Source of the DNA: Candidatus Fraserbacteria bacterium
GTDB lineage: Bacteria > Bipolaricaulota > Bipolaricaulia > RBG-16-55-9 > JANLFV01
NCBI GenBank assembly: GCA_037446135.1
Contig: JBBIJD010000029.1
Coordinates: forward strand, 1 to 15,139
Length of the DNA: 15,139 nucleotides
Direction: 5' to 3'
In this document: positions 1 to 6,327 of the stretch, one piece after another
Position numbering within the stretch: position 1 is the first letter of the stretch
Layout of the letters: every line of letters starts with the position of its first letter
Notes under the pieces: generated by a model
The model's input: the letters and a program-made list of their open reading frames with translations, nothing else
What the model was told of the DNA's origin: nothing
Database searches by the model: none
Translations under genes and position numbers: made by a program

Positions 1-1128
1 GCGACCGAAGGCCATCCGGATAAGATAGCCGATCGGATCGCGGATGCCGTCTTGGATGCCTTCCTCGCCCAGGACCCCTTCGCCAGGGTGGCCTGCGAGG
101 TCTTTGTCACCACTGGGCTGGTCCTGGTCGGGGGAGAGATCACTGCCGATCCCAAGGCCAAAGTGGACATCGCCGGGCTGGCAAGGGAGACGATCCGCGA
201 GATCGGCTATGATAAGCCAGAGTATGGCTTCTGTTATAACGATGTGGCCGTCCTCGTCGCGGTCCATGAGCAGTCGCCGGACATCGCTCAGGCGGTGGTG
301 AAAGGAGCAGAGCTCGGGGCCGGGGATAGTGGGATCATCTACGGCTATGCCTGCCGGGAGACCCCGGAGCTGATGCCCCTCCCGATCATGCTGGCCCACC
401 GGCTCACCCGTGGGCTGGCCGCGGCGAGGCAGGAAAAGCGGCTCCCCTTCCTCCGGCCTGACGGGAAGGCCCAGGTGACTGTGGAATACGAGAACAAGAA
501 GCCCCGCCGGGCCCATACCGTTGTCCTATCGGCCCAGCATGACCCAGATGTCGGGCTCGAGGAGCTGAGGGCCGGGATCCTGAAGGAGGTGCTCGAGCCG
601 GCCTTAGGGGAGTGGCTCGACCGGCGGACCAAGATCTTGATCAACCCCTCCGGGCGGTTCGTGATCGGCGGCCCGCCGGGGGATACCGGCATGACTGGCC
701 GGAAGATCGAGGTCGACACTTACGGCGGCTATGGGAGCCACGGTGGCGGTGCCCTCTCGGGGAAGGACCCCACGAAGGTCGACCGCTCCGGGTCTTATAT
801 GGCCCGCTATATCGCTAAGAACATCGTCGCCGCCGGCCTGGCCGAGGAATGCGAGGTCCAGATCGCCTATGCCATCGGCGAGGCCCGCCCGGTCGCTCTC
901 ACTGTCAATACCTTCGCCACTGGGGTCATCCCTGACGAGGACTTGGAGAAGGCGATCGAGGAGGTCTTCGACTCCCGCCCGGGGGCGATCATCGACCGCC
1001 TGGAGTTGAGGAGGCCGATTTATAAGAGCCTTTCAGCTTATGGCCACTTCGGGCGGACCGACCTTGAGCTCCCTTGGGAGCAAGCGGACAGAGTTGAGGA
1101 GTTGAGAGCGGCCCTCAAACTGACTTAA
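1..1128 (+). CDS. metK: S-adenosylmethionine synthetase (methionine adenosyltransferase), 5'-truncated by window edge
   Basis: Frame 1 is open from base 1 and reads [20 protein letters not shown], so the true start is upstream of the window, not the TTG at 52. Family motifs are EGHPDK, GAGD(S)[22 protein letters not shown], GRKIxVDTYG, [16 protein letters not shown] and SAYGHFGR. Stop TAA at 1126-1128. Confidence 0.98.
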   Translation, partial: ATEGHPDKIADRIADAVLDAFLAQDPFARVACEVFVTTGLVLVGGEITADPKAKVDIAGLARETIREIGYDKPEYGFCYNDVAVLVAVHEQSPDIAQAVVKGAELGAGDSGIIYGYACRETPELMPLPIMLAHRLTRGLAAARQEKRLPFLRPDGKAQVTVEYENKKPRRAHTVVLSAQHDPDVGLEELRAGILKEVLEPALGEWLDRRTKILINPSGRFVIGGPPGDTGMTGRKIEVDTYGGYGSHGGGALSGKDPTKVDRSGSYMARYIAKNIVAAGLAEECEVQIAYAIGEARPVALTVNTFATGVIPDEDLEKAIEEVFDSRPGAIIDRLELRRPIYKSLSAYGHFGRTDLELPWEQADRVEELRAALKLT

Positions 1129-1159
1129 CCGGACTGGACAAGACGAGATGGATCAGTCA

Positions 1160-1189
1160 GAGGGGCACGGCTCGCGAGCCGTGCCCCTC
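1160..1189. repeat. Perfect 30-bp palindrome between convergent genes (bidirectional terminator or REP-like element)
   Basis: GAGGGGCACGGCTCG|CGAGCCGTGCCCCTC is exactly self-complementary. It lies between the metK stop and the stop of the minus-strand ORF. A weak U-tract (GTGTTCTTT) follows on +. Confidence 0.85.
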
Positions 1190-1197
1190 CGTGTTCT

Positions 1198-2067
1198 TTA
1201 TGCCGAGAGAGATAGCACGAACGGCAGCGTCGGACCACCGATCTTGAGGATCAGGACCAGGAAGACCGTCCCGGGGACCGGCCCGCCGCCGAAGGTCGTG
1301 GCCGGGGCAAAGGCCGCCGGCCGGTCGCAGAAGAGCGTCACCCCACCTCCTGGGGGAGTGAGGGAGAAGCAGAACCCCCCGAAGTTGCTGACCACGAGGA
1401 GGACCATGTTCGTCGCCGGCTGATCGGTCAGGACCGCAGCCCGGAGCTGCCCCGGCCCGGAGACAAAGTAGCCTACCCCGGTCAGGACCGCCGGCCCGAG
1501 GGCCCCGATGAGCAAGGGGTCAGAGGCATCGCTGATCTTCGGCTGGGATTCGCTCCCCTGGACCATCAGCTCGAAGCCCCTAGCCTGCAAGAGGGCCAGG
1601 ACCTGCGCGGGCGCCATCCCTGGAACGATCCCGCTCAACTGGGGCGGGAGCTGCGGCCCCTCGGTCGGAGGGACCTCTTCCCCGACGATCGAGAACTCGA
1701 TCAGGCCGCACTCATACTGGGTGACACCTATCGGAGCGGTCACATCGAGCGGCCGCTGCCGCTCGATCGTCCCACGGATGTTCACCGCCGTCGGCCGCTG
1801 GGTGAGCTCGAACGAGAACTTCTGCGCCTCACCCACGCCGATCCCGATCGCAGGGGCGAAGAGCTTGATCGCGAAAGGAGTGGAGTCCCGAATGAAGGTG
1901 AACTGGACGAGCTGGACCCCGCCCTTACAGCTCTGGTTGCTCACCTGGACGACCGCCTGGACTGAGGGCTGCTGAGTCTGACCGTAGCTGACAACGATGA
2001 GGAGCGCTAAGGCTAAGAGGAGCGCACCCCAAACACGAGCCGATCGGAGCAGCTTGAGATCCTTCAT
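1198..2067 (-). CDS. Secreted/exported hypothetical protein (289 aa): signal peptide, two beta-rich domains joined by a Pro-rich linker
   Basis: ATG at 2067 is preceded by SD AAGGAGG, so it is preferred over the ORF-track start at 2127. The N-terminus MKDLKLLRSARVWGALLLALALLIVVSYG is signal-peptide-like. Linker EEVPPTEGPQLPPQL; four Cys in two pairs. No family recognised. Confidence 0.85.
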   Translation of the reverse strand: MKDLKLLRSARVWGALLLALALLIVVSYGQTQQPSVQAVVQVSNQSCKGGVQLVQFTFIRDSTPFAIKLFAPAIGIGVGEAQKFSFELTQRPTAVNIRGTIERQRPLDVTAPIGVTQYECGLIEFSIVGEEVPPTEGPQLPPQLSGIVPGMAPAQVLALLQARGFELMVQGSESQPKISDASDPLLIGALGPAVLTGVGYFVSGPGQLRAAVLTDQPATNMVLLVVSNFGGFCFSLTPPGGGVTLFCDRPAAFAPATTFGGGPVPGTVFLVLILKIGGPTLPFVLSLSA

Positions 2068-2105
2068 TGACAGCCTCCTTCGGAGCTGATTGGATTTGCT
2101 CCCCC

Positions 2106-2114
2106 ATTTTACCA
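2106..2114 (-). promoter_or_regulatory. Extended -10 promoter element (TGgTAAAAT) upstream of the secreted hypothetical gene
   Basis: Reverse complement of 2106-2114 is TGGTAAAAT, about 40 nt upstream of the ATG at 2067. No convincing -35. Confidence 0.5.
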
Positions 2115-2294
2115 TGACAAAGCTCATTAGGCCGAAGGGCGACCCACTCGCCTCGCTAAAGCTCCAGCCTATACAGCAGATCGGGGCTCACCTGGACCTT
2201 CACCACCGCCAGGGGCGAGCTGGGCGAGCAGCTTCGGGAAGATCGAGCTCGGCCCCGCTGACGGACGATAGTGATCATCTCGCTTCATCCGATG

Positions 2295-2323
2295 ATTCTA
2301 GCCTAGCAGGCCGGACCGGGAAA
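2295..2323 (-). promoter_or_regulatory. Possible sigma70-type promoter divergent from the csp promoter
   Basis: Minus strand reads TTCCCG-N16-TAGAAT (-10 at 2295-2300), the same -35/spacer pattern seen upstream of comEC. Confidence 0.35.
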
Positions 2324-2335
2324 TCGCCAATCCCC

Positions 2336-2364
2336 TTGACAAGCCACCTCCCCTACGGTATACT
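2336..2364 (+). promoter_or_regulatory. Near-consensus sigma70 promoter of the cold-shock gene
   Basis: TTGACA (2336-2341) - 17 bp - TATACT (2359-2364). Confidence 0.85.
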
Positions 2365-2370
2365 GCAGCG

Positions 2371-2544
2371 TCTGTGACAAGCACCGAGCAGCGGTCGGAC
2401 TCGATAGTAATGGGCTATAGCAGCGATAGCGCGATGACTGGCTCTAGATGCTCTACCCCTCCAAGGGGACCCTTAGCGGACCTTCCTGGGCAGTGGGCGG
2501 CATTAGGACAGTCAAATTTAGACAGACAGGGAGGTCAGTAGAGC
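2371..2544 (+). promoter_or_regulatory. Long (~175 nt) structured 5' leader of the cold-shock gene, with an anti-SD helix
   Basis: Predicted TSS near 2371 from the promoter; SD GGAGGT at 2530-2535. GACCTTCCTG (2479-2488) is complementary to CAGGGAGGTC (2527-2536) with one G-U pair. Long leaders are typical of cspA-family genes. Confidence 0.6.
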
Positions 2545-2748
2545 ATGGCTAAGGGAACCGTCAAGTGGTTCAATAACGCCAAGGGCTATGGGTTCATCGC
2601 CCAGGACAACGGCCAGGAGCTGTTCGTCCATTTCAGCGGGATCAGAGCCCAAGGGTTCAAATCCCTCCGCGAAGGCCAGGCGGTCCAGTTCGATATCGAG
2701 CAGGACGCCAAGGGCCCGCGGGCCGTCAATGTCGTCCCCCTGGAGTAA
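2545..2748 (+). CDS. cspA: Cold-shock protein, CspA family (67 aa)
   Basis: GTVKWFN..KGYGFI (RNP1) and LFVHFS (RNP2), C-terminal KGPRAVNV, strong SD. The exact paralog letter is uncertain. Confidence 0.97.
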   Translation: MAKGTVKWFNNAKGYGFIAQDNGQELFVHFSGIRAQGFKSLREGQAVQFDIEQDAKGPRAVNVVPLE

Positions 2749-2787
2749 GTAAGTTAAGCGCTGACTGATAAGCGCTAACAGGGGTTC

Positions 2788-2827
2788 AAGCGAGGCCCCA
2801 CGAGCGCTCGTGGGGCCTCGCTTTTTC
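2788..2827 (+). terminator. Intrinsic terminator of the csp gene (perfect 36-bp palindrome plus U-tract)
   Basis: AAGCGAGGCCCCACGAGC|GCTCGTGGGGCCTCGCTT (2788-2823) runs into a TTTTT tract (2822-2826). Confidence 0.88.
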
Positions 2828-2832
2828 ACCGT

Positions 2833-3002
2833 TCACCGAGAGGCCCGCGCTTGCCTCCGGGGAGGTAAGTGGTAGTAAACTCTCGAAGAGAGGGGCGAGC
2901 AGCCTCTTGATCTGGGGGTGAGAGGTTAAGGTTCGATCGAGATGCTTGCTCGCCCCTCGGTTAATGATATACAACCCCAGGGGCAAGGGGCTGTTATCGG
3001 GA
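2833..3002. ncRNA. Candidate structured non-coding RNA (6S-RNA-like rod with central bubble); identity and strand unproven
   Basis: Nested inverted repeats 2890-2912/2935-2958 and 2850-2862/2975-2987, plus a looser closing stem 2833-2846/2988-3002. These flank unpaired, more A/T-rich segments 2863-2889 and 2959-2974. G-U pairs slightly favour the + strand. Confidence 0.45.
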
Positions 3003-3038
3003 TCACTGTAGACCCTCGAGAGGGCCTCTAGGCGGGCT

Positions 3039-3114
3039 TGGTGGGTGGTGCAGGACTCGAACCTGCGGCCTTCTGCACGTCAAGCAGACGCTCTTCCAAC
3101 TGAGCTAACCACCC
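3039..3114 (-). tRNA. tRNA-Val (anticodon GAC)
   Basis: Reverse complement is GGGTGGTTAGCTCAGTTGGAAGAGCGTCTGCTTGACGTGCAGAAGGCCGCAGGTTCGAGTCCTGCACCACCCACCA. It has a 7-bp acceptor stem, anticodon stem TCTGC/GCAGA with loop TTGACGT, T-loop TTCGAGT and an encoded CCA; 76 nt. Confidence 0.97.
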
Positions 3115-3124
3115 TCTATCTGGC

Positions 3125-3199
3125 TGGAGGCGGCGGCCGGACTCGAACCGGCGTATGAGGGTTTTGCAGACCCTGGCCTTACCCCTTGGCTACGCCGCC
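3125..3199 (-). tRNA. tRNA-Cys (anticodon GCA)
   Basis: Reverse complement is GGCGGCGTAGCCAAGGGGTAAGGCCAGGGTCTGCAAAACCCTCATACGCCGGTTCGAGTCCGGCCGCCGCCTCCA. Anticodon loop CTGCAAA, U73 discriminator, encoded CCA; 75 nt. Confidence 0.97.
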
Positions 3200-3219
3200 C
3201 TGCTCGACTCTCGCTCAAG

Positions 3220-3248
3220 ATTTTAGCGGGAGCAGCCAGCATTGTCAA
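3220..3248 (-). promoter_or_regulatory. Near-consensus sigma70 promoter of the tRNA-Cys/tRNA-Val pair
   Basis: Minus strand TTGACA (3243-3248) - 17 bp - TAAAAT (3220-3225), about 20 nt upstream of tRNA-Cys. Confidence 0.85.
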
Positions 3249-3257
3249 CACCTCGAC

Positions 3258-3286
3258 TTGAAAAGGGCCGCCAGCTCATCTATGAT
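3258..3286 (+). promoter_or_regulatory. Sigma70 promoter of the DUF4139-ORF-PGM-leuS cluster
   Basis: TTGAAA (3258-3263) - 17 bp - TATGAT (3281-3286), followed by SD GAGGTGA (3295-3301) and ATG at 3308. Confidence 0.75.
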
Positions 3287-3307
3287 CGGTCCCAGAGGTG
3301 ATTAAAG

Positions 3308-4633
3308 ATGAGAAAGATCCTCCTGCTCTTCCCCCTGGCGCTGCTCCTCCTCGGGCTAGGGGTGATCTCCCAGAGCCGAGGCGGAGCGGAAGAACCGGTC
3401 CAGTTGACGATCTATAGCGGGGATTTGGCGCTGGTGAGCGAGCCGCGGACGGTCAAGCTCGAGCCGGGCGAGACCCTCCTCAGCCTCCAGGACCTCCCGG
3501 AGGGCCTGATCCCTGACTCGGTCTACTTCGAGGGCGAGGGGCTTACAGTCTTGGAACAGGAGTTCGTCTACGAGCCCTTGAGCGAGGCGGCCCTCTTGGA
3601 GCAGTTCATCGGCGCGGAGATCGAGGTCCGAGAGGGCGAGCGGGTCTACCGCGGGAAGCTGCTGGCTGGGGAAGGCGGGATCATCCTCCAGGAGAGGACG
3701 GGCGAGATCCAGATCATCAGGGCCCCCACCGGGTTCACCCTACCCGGCCTGCCGGTGATGACCACCGAGCCGACGCTCCTCTGGCTCGTCTCGAGTGAGC
3801 TCGAGGGCGACCAGCAGATCCGGTTGAACTACCTCACCCGCGGCTTGAGCTGGTCCGCGAGCTACAGCGCCCAGCTCGATGAAGAGAGGGATGAGCTGGC
3901 CCTGAAGAGCTTCGTCAGCATCACCAATCGCACCGGGCTGAGCTATCGGAATGCCCAGCTCCGCTTGGTCGCCGGCCAGCCGGCCCAACTCCCTGCCCCA
4001 GAGCGAGGCTATCTTAAAGCCCTGGCCGTCGAGGCCCCGCCGGCACCGGAGTTCGCCGAAGAGGCAGCCTTCGAATACCACCTCTACACTCTGGACCGCC
4101 CGGCCACACTCGAGTCCGGCCGGACCAAGCAGTTCGCGTTCATCTCCGCCCCGCATGTGAAGATCGAGCGACACTACACCTATGAAGGCCAATATCGCGA
4201 TGGGGTCTGGATCAAGGTCGAGTTCACTAACTCCCAGGAGGACGGCCTGGGGAGGCCCCTCCCTGCCGGGACGGTCCGGTTCTACCAGGGCGAGCTCTTC
4301 CTCGGGGAGGCCCGGATCGCCCATACCCCGGTGGACGAGCGGGTCTCGCTTCTGGTCGGGCGGGCCTTCGACCTGGTGGCCGAGCGGACGCTCCTCGAGC
4401 AGCGGCGGATTGCCGAGGGGAAATACCGCGAATCGATCCTCATCACCCTGAAGAACCACAAAGATAGGGATGTGGTGATCGAGGTCCTCGAGCACTTGAG
4501 AGGCGACTGGACGCTCCTCCAGGCCACTCCTCCGGAGTATCGGAAAGTCGAGGCCGGGACGGTCGAGTTCACTGTCCCTGTCCCGGCCGGGGGCGAGGCA
4601 CAAGTCACCTACATCGTGGAATACCAGCTCTAG
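3308..4633 (+). CDS. Secreted DUF4139 (DUF4140/DUF4139-type) domain protein
   Basis: Signal peptide MRKILLLFPLALLLLGLG, then motifs typical of this family: LTIYSGDLALV.E.R, YLTRGLSWSASY, EYHLYTLDRPATL...TKQ, GLGRPLPAGTVRFY, GEARIAHTP, GRAFD, ITLKNHK. Confidence 0.85.
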   Translation: MRKILLLFPLALLLLGLGVISQSRGGAEEPVQLTIYSGDLALVSEPRTVKLEPGETLLSLQDLPEGLIPDSVYFEGEGLTVLEQEFVYEPLSEAALLEQFIGAEIEVREGERVYRGKLLAGEGGIILQERTGEIQIIRAPTGFTLPGLPVMTTEPTLLWLVSSELEGDQQIRLNYLTRGLSWSASYSAQLDEERDELALKSFVSITNRTGLSYRNAQLRLVAGQPAQLPAPERGYLKALAVEAPPAPEFAEEAAFEYHLYTLDRPATLESGRTKQFAFISAPHVKIERHYTYEGQYRDGVWIKVEFTNSQEDGLGRPLPAGTVRFYQGELFLGEARIAHTPVDERVSLLVGRAFDLVAERTLLEQRRIAEGKYRESILITLKNHKDRDVVIEVLEHLRGDWTLLQATPPEYRKVEAGTVEFTVPVPAGGEAQVTYIVEYQL

Positions 4634-4645
4634 TCCAGTCCAGCG

Positions 4646-4864
4646 ATGCCGGAGAAGGTCGAGGGTTTGGAGGCCTATCGGGAGCGGTATCGAGAGGCGA
4701 TCGAGCGGGTCCTCCCGGAATTGCCGGTGCGGAACGGGACGATCTCCGTCACCTCTATCTGGGTCGAGACCTCGCTCCCTAGGGACCTGATCATCGAGAT
4801 CGTCAAGGAGGGGCGGCTCCGGCTCCCACCGAATGTGGAGCGGATCCAAATCGAAGAGGGATGA
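4646..4864 (+). CDS. Small hypothetical protein (72 aa), possibly helix-turn-helix-like
   Basis: Fills the gap between DUF4139 and PGM with genome-typical codons (GAG, ATC, CTC). Its TGA overlaps the PGM ATG (ATGA, 4861-4864). No clear SD. Confidence 0.7.
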   Translation: MPEKVEGLEAYRERYREAIERVLPELPVRNGTISVTSIWVETSLPRDLIIEIVKEGRLRLPPNVERIQIEEG

Positions 4865-6327
4865 GAGCGGTCAAGCCGATCCAATTCGGGACTGACGGCT
4901 GGCGCGGGGTGATCGCGGAGGACTTCACCTTCGAGAATGTCGGGAGGGTGGCCCAGGCCCTGGCCGACTTCCTCCGCTCGCCCCAGCGGCGGGATTTGGA
5001 GATCTACCGCGACTGGGGTGTGGAGTATCGCCCGGCGGAGCGAGGGGTGCTCATCGGCTACGACACGAGGTTCCTCTCGAGGGAGTTCGCCACCTTCTTC
5101 GCTAGGGTGATCCGCTCGAATGAGATCCCTGCCTACATCACCCCCGAGCCGGTCCCCTCCCCTGCCTTAGCCTATGGGGTCCAAAGGCACCGATTCGCCT
5201 GCGGAGTGATGATCACCTCCTCGCATAACCCCTATTACTATAACGGGATCAAGCTCAAGCCGGAGTTCGCCGGCCCCGCCCCACCGGAATACACGAAGCT
5301 GGTCGAGCACTTCCTCTCCTACAGCTTCAAGCTCACGGCGGAAGAGAAGGACCTCCAGGAGTTCGATCTCCGAGGAGCCTATCTTGAGCGGCTTAGAGAG
5401 TTGATCGACCTCGAGCTTCTCAGAGAGGCCCCTTTAAGGGTCGTCGTCGATGCAATGTATGGCTCAGCCCGGGGTTATCTCCCGGCCATCCTGAAGGATT
5501 TGGGGATCGAGCACCTCGCGATCCGGGCTGGGGAGGACCCCTATTTCGGGGGGAAGAGCCCCGAGCCGATCCTACGGAACCTCATCCCCTTGAGGGCTGT
5601 GATCGCGAGCGAGCGAACTAGAGGCCCAAAGGGGCTTTTCATAGTGGGGGTGGCCACCGACGGGGATGGCGACCGCGTCGCAGGGATGGACGAACAAGGT
5701 GAGCTGATCGACTCTCATCGTGCATTTGCCCTGATCTTCCGGCATCTCTTGGGGAAGGGTCTCCGCGGCAAAGCTGTCAAGTCGATCTCCCTCACGGACA
5801 TGGCCGATCGGATCGCCGAACGGAACGGGGTCCCACTCGAGCAGACACCCGTGGGGTTCAAGTTCATCGGGGAGAAGATGGTCCGCGAGGATGTCCTCAT
5901 CGGTGGGGAGGAGAGCGGGGGGATCGGGATCAAGGGCCACATCCCCGAGCGGGACGGGATCCTGAGCTCTCTGCTCCTCCTGGAGATCGTGGCCCAGGCC
6001 AAGCGGCCGATGAGCGAGGTCATAAAGGAGATGATGGAAGAGATTGGCTACCATTACTATGACCGACGGGACCTCCACCTCGAAGCTAAGGGGCTGATCG
6101 AGCGCTTGAGGCGAGAGCCGCCGGAGGAGTTCGCCGGGCGGAAGGTAGTGGCAATCGAGACCCTTGATGGGGTAAAATTGCGATTTACTGGCGGCTGGCT
6201 CCTCTTCCGGGCCTCGGGGACCGAGCCACTCCTCCGGCTCTACTGCGAGATGGGCCGGCCCGAGGAGGTCCGGGAGGTCTTGGCCGAGGCCGAGGACTAT
6301 GCGCGAGGTGAACGGAAACTATGGTAG
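4861..6327 (+). CDS. Phosphoglucomutase/phosphomannomutase (alpha-D-phosphohexomutase family)
   Basis: FGTDGWRG N-terminus, catalytic phosphoserine loop TSSHNP, metal-binding DGDGDR, sugar-binding GGEESGG, phosphate-binding RASGTEP. Confidence 0.95.
   Translation: MRAVKPIQFGTDGWRGVIAEDFTFENVGRVAQALADFLRSPQRRDLEIYRDWGVEYRPAERGVLIGYDTRFLSREFATFFARVIRSNEIPAYITPEPVPSPALAYGVQRHRFACGVMITSSHNPYYYNGIKLKPEFAGPAPPEYTKLVEHFLSYSFKLTAEEKDLQEFDLRGAYLERLRELIDLELLREAPLRVVVDAMYGSARGYLPAILKDLGIEHLAIRAGEDPYFGGKSPEPILRNLIPLRAVIASERTRGPKGLFIVGVATDGDGDRVAGMDEQGELIDSHRAFALIFRHLLGKGLRGKAVKSISLTDMADRIAERNGVPLEQTPVGFKFIGEKMVREDVLIGGEESGGIGIKGHIPERDGILSSLLLLEIVAQAKRPMSEVIKEMMEEIGYHYYDRRDLHLEAKGLIERLRREPPEEFAGRKVVAIETLDGVKLRFTGGWLLFRASGTEPLLRLYCEMGRPEEVREVLAEAEDYARGERKLW

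Noticed and set aside
2753..2779. Duplicated TAAGCGCT after the csp stop
   Set aside because: Only a short 3'-UTR hairpin or repeat with two copies; nothing supports an operator or array.
2942..3031. 29-aa ORF MLARPSVNDIQPQGQGAVIGITVDPREGL as a type I toxin within the structured element
   Set aside because: Not hydrophobic or cationic enough for a type I toxin, and only a weak SD.
2831..3041. Prophage or genomic-island att site at the tRNA-Val 3' end
   Set aside because: No integrase, and no duplicate of the tRNA 3' end seen in the window.
3740..4849. 369-aa minus-strand ORF, and the many other 60-216 aa alternative-frame or antisense ORFs in the track
   Set aside because: They lie over well-supported genes, have no recognisable motifs and show Arg/Pro/Ser/Gly-rich or antisense-codon composition. 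These are expected shadow ORFs in high-GC DNA.
6280..6327. T-box leader for leuS
   Set aside because: The leuS start overlaps the PGM coding sequence, so there is no room for a leader.
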